DNA of 64,000 nucleotides from an uncultured Pseudomonadales bacterium (lineage in GTDB: Bacteria; Patescibacteriota; Microgenomatia; UBA1400; UBA12028), in the NCBI GenBank assembly GCA_964492495.1, contig CAZBKJ010000001.1, positions 2,251 to 66,250 of the forward strand. The letters run 5' to 3'. Shown piece after piece: positions 17,339 to 26,608 of this stretch (positions within the stretch are counted from its first letter, which is position 1; every line of letters starts with the position of its first letter). Under the pieces are notes generated by a model that worked only from the letters and a program-made list of their open reading frames with translations, searched no databases and had not been told where the DNA came from. The position numbers were made by a program, and so were the translations under genes.

Positions 17339-18105
17339 GGAACTTGCAGTTTGAATGCCTGTGACTCCATGGTTTTTTTTACTTTTTTCAATAGTTTCGG
17401 ATCGATGCTCTCACTACTTTCTTGTAAAAGAATCGATAGTGCTTTATCCGCATCTTCATAGCTAAATCCCATCTCTTGTTCATCCGTTTGGTTGTCCCAC
17501 AAGCCCGCACTTGGAGCTTTGCTGACAAAAACCTCAGGAAGATTCAAAAATGATGCAAGTTGTCGTACTTGGGTTTTATACAAATGACAGATCGGCTCGA
17601 TATCGCTTGCGCTATCACCAAATCGAGTGAAGTATCCTAAGTAGTGTTCTGACTTGTTTTCAGTTCCACAAACGAGCGCATCAAGCTCCTTTGCTGTATC
17701 AAAAACGACAATCATTCGGGTACGCGCCATGATATTACCAATACGAATTTTTTCGATGCTGGACCCCGGATAAGGCTCCTCATCGCTGCTTGTACCGGGA
17801 TGACAAAGCGTATCAGAAAAGACATCTACCATCCGTTTAATATCAATTGTTCTCCAGTTTTTCTCTGGAATATTGTTCCACTTGGCAATCAACATGCTAT
17901 CTTCTACAGATTGATCTCCATACGGCAAAAAGAGAGGAAAAACAAATTCTTTTCCGATGGCTTTCGTAAGAAGGGTGAGTGAAAGTGCAGAGTCAATTCC
18001 TCCAGAAACGGCAATCACTGCGTTCTTTTTTCCTTGGGTTTGAAAGGTTTTTTGTAAAAATGAGCGAATTTTTTCAATTTCTTCCTCAGGGTTGCTTTGG
18101 TTCAT
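17320..18105 (-). CDS. nadE: NH3-dependent NAD+ synthetase
   Basis: PP-loop AVIAVSGGIDSALS; GTENKSEHYLGYFTRFGD; start taken at MNQSNPEEE (18105). ORF track start is 18141. Confidence 0.85.
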   Translation of the reverse strand: MNQSNPEEEIEKIRSFLQKTFQTQGKKNAVIAVSGGIDSALSLTLLTKAIGKEFVFPLFLPYGDQSVEDSMLIAKWNNIPEKNWRTIDIKRMVDVFSDTLCHPGTSSDEEPYPGSSIEKIRIGNIMARTRMIVVFDTAKELDALVCGTENKSEHYLGYFTRFGDSASDIEPICHLYKTQVRQLASFLNLPEVFVSKAPSAGLWDNQTDEQEMGFSYEDADKALSILLQESSESIDPKLLKKVKKTMESQAFKLQVPYVLFP

Positions 18106-18152
18106 ACGTCTTTCATTGGTAGTATTGGCATGAGAGTACAATTCAATCTATC

Positions 18153-18800
18153 ATGATGTCAACGCCTGATCCCTTTTCACTCCCTGCACTCGACATACTA
18201 TGCTTTTTTGGCACGTTTAATCCACCGCACCTGGGTCATACGCAGGCACTACAATCGGCTCTCCGTGCTCTTCCTGATCTCGAAAAAATACTTGTTATTC
18301 CTCCAGCTTTTCATGTCTGGGGAAAGAAACCGGTTTCTTTTGATCATCGGATACAGATGGCACGGCTTGCGTTTGAAAAACTGGATTCTCGAGTGGAGGT
18401 GAATGATATAGAAAAAACCAACAATCTCTCAGGCTACACCGTAGAGACACTTTCACTGCTTCAAAAAGACTATAGAGGAAAGAAGATAGGTATTCTTTTA
18501 GGATCTGATAGTATGGAAACGTTTGATACTTGGAAGGAGTTTGATGGAATACTCAAGGTTGCCTCGATTTTTGTCGCTCCACGAGGAAAAAAGAAGCAAC
18601 ATGAGGTTATCTCCATTTTGCCTGAAAAACTTGTTTTGTATCTGGGAAGACGAATTTTTTTCTTGCCTGATCAGATAGAGAACAAGGCACTCTTTACCTC
18701 TTCTACTGCTGTTCGCTTGGAGATTCCCACCCATGGGGTCGTTGAGCTCGATCCAGAAGTCCTCTCGTATATTACAACCCATCATCTCTATACAGAATAA
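18153..18800 (+). CDS. nadD: nicotinate-nucleotide adenylyltransferase
   Basis: FFGTFNPPHLGH (HxGH nucleotidyltransferase motif). Divergent from nadE with a 47-bp gap that contains TACAAT. Confidence 0.85.
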   Translation: MMSTPDPFSLPALDILCFFGTFNPPHLGHTQALQSALRALPDLEKILVIPPAFHVWGKKPVSFDHRIQMARLAFEKLDSRVEVNDIEKTNNLSGYTVETLSLLQKDYRGKKIGILLGSDSMETFDTWKEFDGILKVASIFVAPRGKKKQHEVISILPEKLVLYLGRRIFFLPDQIENKALFTSSTAVRLEIPTHGVVELDPEVLSYITTHHLYTE

Positions 18801-18812
18801 TTTCCCCTGATC

Positions 18813-18821
18813 TGGTATAAT
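18813..18821 (+). promoter_or_regulatory. extended -10 promoter TGgTATAAT upstream of rpsF, followed by a ~90-nt structured leader
   Basis: Exact match to the TGnTATAAT consensus. The leader contains the hairpin cccgggaaagctcggg and an RBS aaaggag. Confidence 0.5.
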
Positions 18822-18912
18822 AGTCCATTCAAGCCTCCCGGGAAAGCTCGGGATCCAATACCTTTTGGCTTGAGAGATGTCCCATACGTGGGTACAAGAA
18901 AGGAGTTGACCT

Positions 18913-19260
18913 ATGGTCAAACAATACGAATTGATGGTTCTGCTTCCTGCAGGATTTAGCGCTGAACAAATGAAGACATTTGTTGACAGCATCTCCAAAT
19001 TGATAGCAAAAAATGAAGGAAAAGTCCTTTCCAATGAATCATTGGGAAAGCGATCCTTGGCTTATCAGATCAAAAAGCAAACTGAGGCTTTTTTCGTGCT
19101 TTTTACTCTGGAACTTGATACTGCAGTGGTTCAAGCTTTCGAGCGTGAAGTACGTTTGATGGAAGATGTATTACGTTGTCTTTTGTTGATCATTGAACCA
19201 AAAAAAGCAAATTCAAAGAAGAAAAGATCTGTTACGATAGAAGAAGAGAAGCAAGTATAA
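18913..19260 (+). CDS. rpsF: 30S ribosomal protein S6
   Basis: YELMVLL...LGKRSLAYQI...; sits in the canonical rpsF-ssb-rpsR order. Confidence 0.9.
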   Translation: MVKQYELMVLLPAGFSAEQMKTFVDSISKLIAKNEGKVLSNESLGKRSLAYQIKKQTEAFFVLFTLELDTAVVQAFEREVRLMEDVLRCLLLIIEPKKANSKKKRSVTIEEEKQV

Positions 19261-19273
19261 AGAGGGAGGCATC

Positions 19274-19753
19274 ATGTCAGCACGTTCACTAAATTTGGTA
19301 CAGTTAATCGGAAATCTTACAAGAGACCCAGAACTTCGTTTTATTCCAAACGGCACTGCTGTGTGTACAATCGGACTCGCAACGAACCGAAGTTGGAATA
19401 CACAAGACGGTGGAGGTCAGCGACAAGAAGAAACAACATATCACCGTATCGTGGTATGGGGGAAGTTAGCTGAAATTTGTGGACAGATGCTCAAAAAAGG
19501 AAGTAAAGCCTATGTGCAAGGCAGACTTCAAAATCGCAAATGGACAACCAAAGAAGGACAGGAACGCGAAACTGTAGAAATCGTTGCTGATCAAGTCATT
19601 GTGCTCAGTCCTTCCAACCGTTCAGATGCACCATCAGGTTCTGGTTCTTCAGACTATTCGTACCCTGACGAACCAAACACAGTACAAAATGACGCGACCC
19701 CATCTGCACCAATTATCAATGCAGATGATGTAAGTGAAGATATACCATTTTAA
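19274..19753 (+). CDS. ssb: single-stranded DNA-binding protein
   Basis: OB-fold N-terminus (LNLVQLIGNLTRDPELRF...ETTYHRIVVWGKLAE); acidic C-terminal tail DDVSEDIPF. Confidence 0.9.
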   Translation: MSARSLNLVQLIGNLTRDPELRFIPNGTAVCTIGLATNRSWNTQDGGGQRQEETTYHRIVVWGKLAEICGQMLKKGSKAYVQGRLQNRKWTTKEGQERETVEIVADQVIVLSPSNRSDAPSGSGSSDYSYPDEPNTVQNDATPSAPIINADDVSEDIPF

Positions 19754-19768
19754 TTAGAGAAAGCACTT

Positions 19769-20005
19769 ATGCAAAAAAAACCAACAAAACGACCAATCCT
19801 GATTGGAAGAGCAATCGCTCGAAAAGGTGAAGAGTTTGATTTCGACTATAAAGATGTCGCCACACTCGCTCGCTTTATCAGTGAATCAGGAATCATAATC
19901 CCAAGAGAGCGAACTGGGCTTGCAAACAAGCAACAGAGAGCACTTGCTCGTGAGATTAAAAGAGCACGATTTCTCGGGATGTTACCATTTGTCACAACAC
20001 TCTAA
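19769..20005 (+). CDS. rpsR: 30S ribosomal protein S18
   Basis: [27 protein letters not shown]...[19 protein letters not shown]. Confidence 0.9.
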   Translation: MQKKPTKRPILIGRAIARKGEEFDFDYKDVATLARFISESGIIIPRERTGLANKQQRALAREIKRARFLGMLPFVTTL

Positions 20006-20054
20006 AGCGTTTGTCGTACAGAGATGCTTGTGACTAGGATCTTGTATCGTAGGT

Positions 20055-21338
20055 GTGATACACTTCTGTCTCATGTCAAAAGGTCTTATCTTTTTACGAT
20101 CAGTTGTCGTTGTAACCCTCCTCATAATGCTTGGTGGAGTGATTGGCTATAAGCTTGGAAGTGGTGGGCGTGTTCCACTATTTTCCAAAGCTTTTGCTGT
20201 CCTTCCATCAACCAAAATTATTAATACACAGGTTCCTCAAGAATATAAAAATGTCGACTTCACAGAATTTTGGGAAGTCTGGAAACGACTCGAACAGCAG
20301 TACCAAGATCCAAGTAAACTTGACGCACGCAAAATGGTCGACGGTGCAATTTCCGGAATGACTTCCTCCCTAGGAGATCCCTACACAATTTACCTTCCTA
20401 AAGAAGATCAAAAACGCTCCTCTGATGACTTGAACGGAAGTTTTGAAGGAGTTGGAATTCAGCTTGGATACAAAAACCAAATTTTAGCAGTGATCGCTCC
20501 ATTAAAAGGTTTGCCTGCAGAGCGTGAAGGAATACTTGCTGGAGATTACATTGTCAAAATCAAAGATGAGGAAAAAGGAATTGATAAAGAAACAGCAGGA
20601 CTTTCACTGCCAGAAGCGGTATCGATGATACGTGGACCAAAAGGGAGTCCGGTGACACTGACTTTTGTTCGTGACGGTGGGGAACCATTTGAAAAAACAC
20701 TCGCACGAGAAACAATCGTGGTTCCTTCAGTTGAGTTACAGTTTATCGAAAAAGATGGAAAGAAAGTCGCTCACTTAAAGCTCTCACAATTTGGTGGTCG
20801 TACTGATGAAGAGTGGAAGAAGGCAGTCGATGAAATTCTCGCTGCCAAAGATACATCTGGAATCATCCTGGATCTTCGAAATAATCCAGGAGGGTACCTC
20901 AGTGAAGCGGTCAATATCTCAAGTGAATTTATCAAAGATGGAATAGTAGTCACGCAAGAAGGTCGTGTCGAAAAGATTCCGTACTATGCAACAGGCAAGG
21001 GAAGACTTACCACAACTCCAGTAGTTGTCCTTATCAACAAAGGTAGTGCAAGTGCGTCGGAAATTGTTGCTGGAGCCCTTCGCGATCGAAGAAGCGCGAC
21101 TCTCGTTGGAGAGAACAGCTTTGGAAAAGGCACTGTACAAGATGCACAAGAGCTTTCTGGAGGATCAGGAGTGCATATTACTGTTGCTCGCTGGCTTATC
21201 CCAAGTGGAGACTGGATTCATGATAAAGGTCTAAAACCAACCGTCGAGGTAAAAGTGACAAGTGAAGAAGCTCTCAAAAATCTTGAAGAGAAAAAAGATC
21301 CACAGCTTGATAAAGCAATTGAAGAGATACTACAATAA
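20055..21338 (+). CDS. ctpA: C-terminal processing peptidase (S41, tail-specific protease) with PDZ domain
   Basis: N-terminal TM; PDZ region; catalytic region LINKGSASASEIVAGALRDRRSATLVGENSFGKGTVQ. Confidence 0.85.
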   Translation: MIHFCLMSKGLIFLRSVVVVTLLIMLGGVIGYKLGSGGRVPLFSKAFAVLPSTKIINTQVPQEYKNVDFTEFWEVWKRLEQQYQDPSKLDARKMVDGAISGMTSSLGDPYTIYLPKEDQKRSSDDLNGSFEGVGIQLGYKNQILAVIAPLKGLPAEREGILAGDYIVKIKDEEKGIDKETAGLSLPEAVSMIRGPKGSPVTLTFVRDGGEPFEKTLARETIVVPSVELQFIEKDGKKVAHLKLSQFGGRTDEEWKKAVDEILAAKDTSGIILDLRNNPGGYLSEAVNISSEFIKDGIVVTQEGRVEKIPYYATGKGRLTTTPVVVLINKGSASASEIVAGALRDRRSATLVGENSFGKGTVQDAQELSGGSGVHITVARWLIPSGDWIHDKGLKPTVEVKVTSEEALKNLEEKKDPQLDKAIEEILQ

Positions 21339-21401
21339 ATCGTTTTGTTTTTTCAGCTTGTTCTCAGAATGCGGGACTATATATACTTTGATATATCTTC
21401 T

Positions 21402-22589
21402 ATGCAACCTGTAAAAAATCTTACCATCGCTGTTCTTTTCTTTGTCTTGCTCGTCATATCCGCTCTAGGCGGAGCATTGGCCGACAGACTTTTTGTGTTC
21501 AAACCGCTTGATAGTATTACCAAAAAAATTTCCGGAACGAGTGTCTCAAGTAACGAACCTCTTACTCGCTCAATCGTGCATGAACAGTCAGATGTGATTG
21601 ATGTCACAGAGAAAGTGTCAGCTGGTGTAGTCACTGTCTCAATTACCAGAGAGCAAAGAATCCGGCAACGATCGCCACTTTTGGATATGGATCCATTTGG
21701 GATATTTGGATTACCACAACAGGAAGAATCAGGACAAACCCGAGAGATAAATCAAGATATTGGGAGTGGATTTGTCGTCAATGCATCCGGACTTATTGTG
21801 ACGAATAAACACGTCGTGTCCGATACAACTGCCAAATACCATATTATTACGAAAGAAGGAAAAGAATATGATGTGCAAAAAGTGTATCGAGATCCGGTCA
21901 ACGATTTGGCAATTCTCCAAGTAGAAGCATCACTGCAGTCCATGGATTTAGGGAACTCTGATGACCTAAAAGTAGGACAGTTTGTCATCGCAATCGGTAC
22001 TGCCCTTGGAGAGTTTCGACACACAGTAACAACTGGAGTGATCTCAGGTCTTGGTCGCGGAATCACCGCAGGAGATGGATTTTCATTTGCAGAGCGACTG
22101 GATAATGTCATCCAAACAGATGCAGCGATTAACCCAGGAAATTCAGGAGGGCCACTCCTCAATTCCTCTGGTCAAGTGATCGGTGTCAACGTGGCAGTGG
22201 CACAGGGAGCAAACGGAATTGGCTTTGCTCTTCCAATCAATGTGGTGAAGGATTCTATCAAAAACTTTGAAGCTACAGGAAAATTCTCTCGACCGTTCCT
22301 TGGAGTCCAGTATCGAATTATTCCAAAACGAACTGCTCTACTCAATGACATGCCGGCCGGGGCTGTCATCATCGAAGTTGTGGAAGGTGCGAGTGCTGAC
22401 AAGGCAGGACTTGAACCAGGTGATGTCATTACAAAATTTGATGGTGTTGATCTCACAAGTGATTCAAACGAGAATGCACTCTCAAAAGAGATCTCAACAC
22501 ACAAGGTTGGCGACAAGGTGGAGGTGGAATACATCCGCGATGGAGAGAGAAAAACGACAACTGTTACGTTGGAGGAGAGTGGAGAGTAA
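21402..22589 (+). CDS. htrA: HtrA/DegP-family serine protease with C-terminal PDZ domain
   Basis: GSGFVVNASGLIVTNKHVV (His), D, and GNSGGPLLNSSGQVIGVN (Ser). Start taken at MQPVKNL (21402); ORF track start is 21345. Confidence 0.85.
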   Translation: MQPVKNLTIAVLFFVLLVISALGGALADRLFVFKPLDSITKKISGTSVSSNEPLTRSIVHEQSDVIDVTEKVSAGVVTVSITREQRIRQRSPLLDMDPFGIFGLPQQEESGQTREINQDIGSGFVVNASGLIVTNKHVVSDTTAKYHIITKEGKEYDVQKVYRDPVNDLAILQVEASLQSMDLGNSDDLKVGQFVIAIGTALGEFRHTVTTGVISGLGRGITAGDGFSFAERLDNVIQTDAAINPGNSGGPLLNSSGQVIGVNVAVAQGANGIGFALPINVVKDSIKNFEATGKFSRPFLGVQYRIIPKRTALLNDMPAGAVIIEVVEGASADKAGLEPGDVITKFDGVDLTSDSNENALSKEISTHKVGDKVEVEYIRDGERKTTTVTLEESGE

Positions 22590-22750
22590 AGGCAAGGTTC
22601 AAGGTTTCAGAGCTTCTCGACTGCGGCTAGCTGGGCTAGCCTGCGCTCGAAGAATAAAAACTATATTTCGGTGGACAGGTAGTTTACAGAACGACAGCGG
22701 GGACAAGGTATCAGAGGTAGGGTACAACGGACTAGGAACGAGTTACGAGT
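22563..22750 (+). repeat. dispersed intergenic repeat, copy A (GA-rich degenerate units + core cttctcgactgcg-GGCTAGC-tgg-GCTAGCC-tgcgctcgaagaataaaa)
   Basis: Shares its core, the GA-rich gaggcaagg / gtatcagaggt units and the stop-codon context GGAGAGTAAAGG with copy B at 39125-39420. Confidence 0.7.
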
Positions 22751-22753
22751 AAT

Positions 22754-23563
22754 TTGATACAAGAAGATAGCTGGATTCCCATATTCATGGGAATGACTGT
22801 GATACAAGTGTATACTTCATTTATGTCCAGTAACATTCGTATTCTCCTTTTAATTCTCTTACTAGTTGGTTCTGCTTTTTTTAATTTTCACCAATATAAC
22901 ACAATTCAAAATCTCCAAAGTAAAAATCTACAACTTTTCAAGGAAAGAGATGGTTTGCAGGCTCAGCTCAAAGAACTTCAAAAAAACTATCAGCTCGTTT
23001 TTGAAGATAGAGCAGAGTTTATAGAGCCAAATTCTCCAGAGGAAACGTTCTCATTTCAAACGTTTGGAATTAACTCTCCACTTTTTGAAACAAAAAAAGT
23101 TGAATCACAGGAATATTTATACCGAGGAAAAACAATTATTCGAAAAACTATTTATTTAGATTCAAAGAGTGATTCCGTCTATTCATATGGGGTAAGCGTC
23201 TGGCAGTTCCCAGATACAAAAAAAGATTTTGATCCCTTATATCTTTCCATCTTTGATGGGTATGAAAATAGAGGAAACCCTCATCGTATCTCTGATGTTA
23301 TTGCGGAAGCGGCAGGGAAATATGTAACAAAAAACAACATCCAACTACATTGGTCCGTAGATACAAGCGACCTATATTCAACAAAACTAATAAATTTCAA
23401 CGGTATTTCTTTGTATGCAACAGATAATTCTGTTATTTTAGACGGACCTATATTTTACCGAGTCTTTGCATCACTGCATGTAGAAGAAGAGAATCTTCAT
23501 TCAGTCTCGAAAATTGCTACAAAAGAATTGATGAGAATTGCGGACACTATTACGTTTCGATAA
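22754..23563 (+). CDS. hypothetical membrane-anchored protein
   Basis: 269 aa; N-terminal TM (IRILLLILLLVG), then a coiled-coil region; AT-rich. Confidence 0.4.
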   Translation: MIQEDSWIPIFMGMTVIQVYTSFMSSNIRILLLILLLVGSAFFNFHQYNTIQNLQSKNLQLFKERDGLQAQLKELQKNYQLVFEDRAEFIEPNSPEETFSFQTFGINSPLFETKKVESQEYLYRGKTIIRKTIYLDSKSDSVYSYGVSVWQFPDTKKDFDPLYLSIFDGYENRGNPHRISDVIAEAAGKYVTKNNIQLHWSVDTSDLYSTKLINFNGISLYATDNSVILDGPIFYRVFASLHVEEENLHSVSKIATKELMRIADTITFR

Positions 23564-23570
23564 ACAGAGT

Positions 23571-24491
23571 TTATTCATCACTATCTTGTGCGTCACCTTC
23601 TTTTTCCCAGTTCTTTTCATCCTGCAGGGCAGTGACTACGGGATCAAGGTATCCTTCAACGATATTTTCCAAATCATACCAAGACTCATGAATTCGATGA
23701 TCCGTCACTCTATTCTGTGGGAAGTTGTAGGTACGAATTTTCTCTGCTCGCATTGCTCTACCGATTGCTTGGCGGGCAGTTCCCATTTCTTTAGTACGCT
23801 TGGCTTCTTCAGCTTCCCAGAGTTTTCCTCGTAAAAGCTCTAGAGCTATTTGTCTATTTTGAGCTTGATATCGTTCGGTTCTGGCTGAAATCACGATCCC
23901 TGAGGGTTTGTGGGTCAAGCGAACGGCTGTAGAAACTTTGTTTACATTTTGACCACCGTGTCCACCCGCACGTGTAAACTGCCATTCCAAGTCATCGTCT
24001 CTGATCTCAACAGCTGATTCAGGAAGTTCTGGAATGACAGCTACAGAGGCAGTTGAGGTGTGGACACGTCCTTGGGATTCTGTCGCAGGGACACGCTGGA
24101 CGCGGTGCACTCCAGATTCATATGAAAAGAGTTCATACGCACCTTTTCCAATAATTTTGACTACACCCTCATCTATGGATTCAACTTTATACTTTTTCAT
24201 TTCTGCGAATCGAGAATACAGGCGAAGGAGTTCACCTGCCCATAGCTTCGCTTCATCTCCACCAGCACCAGCTCGAATTTCGATAATACAGTTGTTGTAG
24301 ACTGCTTGTTGACTGGTTTTTGCCATTGCGGTATTCACTTGATCCAAAGAATCCTGAAGCAATTTTTGTTGTTCCTTCAAGCTTTCAATTTCGCGCTTGG
24401 CAAGTTCTTGGAGTTCTGGGTCTGACAAAAGCTGCTCATTTTCAGAGATTTTTTGATTGATCTCATCTATTTGTTGCTGAATATAGTCCAT
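23571..24491 (-). CDS. prfA: peptide chain release factor 1
   Basis: PAT tripeptide ([15 protein letters not shown]), which is specific to RF1; GGQ motif ([11 protein letters not shown]). Confidence 0.85.
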   Translation of the reverse strand: MDYIQQQIDEINQKISENEQLLSDPELQELAKREIESLKEQQKLLQDSLDQVNTAMAKTSQQAVYNNCIIEIRAGAGGDEAKLWAGELLRLYSRFAEMKKYKVESIDEGVVKIIGKGAYELFSYESGVHRVQRVPATESQGRVHTSTASVAVIPELPESAVEIRDDDLEWQFTRAGGHGGQNVNKVSTAVRLTHKPSGIVISARTERYQAQNRQIALELLRGKLWEAEEAKRTKEMGTARQAIGRAMRAEKIRTYNFPQNRVTDHRIHESWYDLENIVEGYLDPVVTALQDEKNWEKEGDAQDSDE

Positions 24492-24559
24492 AGAGAAAGT
24501 TTATAGTTGATTGTTTATAGTTTATAGCAGGAATGCACTATATAAAAACATCCCGGATA

Positions 24560-24612
24560 CATATCACGTACATATACGGATAAATCCCCGGGATATTTGT
24601 TTTATTTGCTAA
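24560..24612 (-). terminator. long imperfect hairpin + T-run between rpmE and prfA (terminator / possible attenuator)
   Basis: Minus-strand read: atcccgggg...(structured 30-nt loop)...tatccgggat gttttt. Confidence 0.4.
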
Positions 24613-24613
24613 T

Positions 24614-24949
24614 CTAAACAACGTTTTCACTAGATTCTGCGGCTGCGAGTTTTGATTTTTCGTCAGCAAGCATCTCTTTGAGAGTTTTGCTTTCGGCTTT
24701 TGGAGCATCTTTCTTGTCGCCTTTTTTCTTTTTGCCGGCAGTTGTTTGAGCGGCTGATCGCATCTTCATGAAGCGTTCAACACGACCTTGTGTATCCACA
24801 AATTTCATTGATCCAGTATAGAAAGGATGACATGCTGAACAAATATCCAGCTGAATAGTATCGAGCGTTGATCCTGTTTCAAACGTGTTTCCACAGGCGC
24901 AGGTTACAACAGCTTGATGATTCCATTTGGGGTGAATTGATTTTTTCAT
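24614..24949 (-). CDS. rpmE: 50S ribosomal protein L31 (with Lys/Ala-rich C-terminal extension)
   Basis: [28 protein letters not shown]...[10 protein letters not shown] zinc ribbon. Confidence 0.85.
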   Translation of the reverse strand: MKKSIHPKWNHQAVVTCACGNTFETGSTLDTIQLDICSACHPFYTGSMKFVDTQGRVERFMKMRSAAQTTAGKKKKGDKKDAPKAESKTLKEMLADEKSKLAAAESSENVV

Positions 24950-25034
24950 ACGAGTTCCTTTTCTTTCTCTGGCGAGTATACCAAAGAGCGGAAATTATAG
25001 CAGAAAATAGCTATTTTTTCAAAGTGCGGTCAAT

Positions 25035-26561
25035 TTATCTCCACATTGGGAAGACCTTAAACACGGTATCAACGTACTGTTGAGGCATTGGGTAGCCAGT
25101 AAACATAGGGAACAACAGTATAAACGCGACGATAATCATGACAATTGTAGCTAGAATGACCGCTTTTCCATAGGTTCTTTTCTCAAAACGCAGAAGAAAG
25201 TACGAGAGAAGTATGCAGAGCAGAGGAACTGCCGGTGCGTAGTGGTAAAAGAACATAATACGAGGCGATACTGTCCATGGTATCCATACCATGGCGTAGA
25301 GCGTGAGAAGAAACGAGAGTTCCAGAGGAATCGCGGTTTGCAGTTTTGAGGGTTTGACTCCCAGTATAAACATCCCAATACGAGGGAAGATCAACAATGA
25401 AAGCTCTACAGCAAGAATGAGGGATGCTGTGAGGCCAAACCAGAAAAGTAAGGGATTTCCAGCACCGTAGACATTCCCCACGACACCTTCTGCATTTTTT
25501 GTGTAATCAACGTGCATCCAAACTGGTTTTAGGTCGAGTGCCCATTGCCACGGGCGAGACTGATAGGGATGTGTTGCTTTGAGTGTGGTCTGATACCACC
25601 AAATTTGATTATGAAGCTCAGAAAAATGAGATATCATGCGTTTGCATCCACCACGAGCTTCTAGGCTTTCAAAATATGGACGCTGTCCTGGAGCTAGCTT
25701 TGAGAGTCCTTCCACCCACCAACTTGAGTCTTGGTGACAGTAACACTGAGTCTGTTCGACTTGCGATCCGGTACAGACTAGGCTTTTTCCTTGTAAAAAC
25801 ATGTGAGAATACGAAAGCAGGTAGATAACAATCGGCAGCAGAATAAGGGTAGCGAAACGAATTGCAATACTTTTGAATGGCTTTTTCAACAACGTCTGTT
25901 TTGATGTAAAAAAATGAATAGCCTCAAATAAGCAAATTGTGACTAACACAAAAATCCCAGACCATTTACTTCCCATCGCGAGGCCACTGAGTAGTCCAAC
26001 AAGAGAAAGGTACTTCACTGATACTCCTGTATCATGGGTAAATCTCTGTGTGAGTTTTCGGTATCGTATGTAGCTCCAAGCTGCAAGAATAATACAAAAA
26101 GTCACGTGGATATCATTCATTGCGATACGTGATTGAGCTAAGAGCAGTCCATCTAGCGAGGCAAGGAATGCGGCAAGTAGGGTCAGTTTGTTGTTGCCAA
26201 ATGCAGTATGCGCAATTAGTGCTGTCGCTGCGATCACTGCAACTCCAAACACCACCGAACTTATTCTCCAACCAAAACTATTTTCACCAAAAATTCTCAT
26301 TCCAAATGCTTGGGTGTATTTGGCAAGTGGAGGATGTAACCAATCAACGGCAGTATCAGGTTCCGGTGCAGGGTTCCACCATTCATAGGCAGCTTTATCA
26401 CCTCGCGATATCAGTTTTGAGGTGACTGCGTGATAGACTTCGTCAAAGAAATACGTGGGTGGTGTTGATACCCTGTAGATACGTGTGAGAAACGCAAAGA
26501 GCAAAATTAGCCCAAGAAGGATTGTAAAGCCTTTTTTTGTTTGTAATACTAACAAAGACAT
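25035..26561 (-). CDS. GT-C membrane glycosyltransferase, PMT/GT39-like (dolichyl-phosphate-mannose protein mannosyltransferase family)
   Basis: YFFDEVYHA DE-motif in the first extracytoplasmic loop; more than 10 TM helices. Confidence 0.65.
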   Translation of the reverse strand: MSLLVLQTKKGFTILLGLILLFAFLTRIYRVSTPPTYFFDEVYHAVTSKLISRGDKAAYEWWNPAPEPDTAVDWLHPPLAKYTQAFGMRIFGENSFGWRISSVVFGVAVIAATALIAHTAFGNNKLTLLAAFLASLDGLLLAQSRIAMNDIHVTFCIILAAWSYIRYRKLTQRFTHDTGVSVKYLSLVGLLSGLAMGSKWSGIFVLVTICLFEAIHFFTSKQTLLKKPFKSIAIRFATLILLPIVIYLLSYSHMFLQGKSLVCTGSQVEQTQCYCHQDSSWWVEGLSKLAPGQRPYFESLEARGGCKRMISHFSELHNQIWWYQTTLKATHPYQSRPWQWALDLKPVWMHVDYTKNAEGVVGNVYGAGNPLLFWFGLTASLILAVELSLLIFPRIGMFILGVKPSKLQTAIPLELSFLLTLYAMVWIPWTVSPRIMFFYHYAPAVPLLCILLSYFLLRFEKRTYGKAVILATIVMIIVAFILLFPMFTGYPMPQQYVDTVFKVFPMWR

Positions 26562-26608
26562 GTCTGTTATTGTATCGACCCTTTTGTATTCTGGGTAGTG
26601 AGTAAATT

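Noticed and set aside
22267-22752. 161-aa ORF running through the htrA 3' end and repeat copy A
   Set aside because: Out of frame with htrA. Its C-terminal half is just the repeat translated, with no start context.
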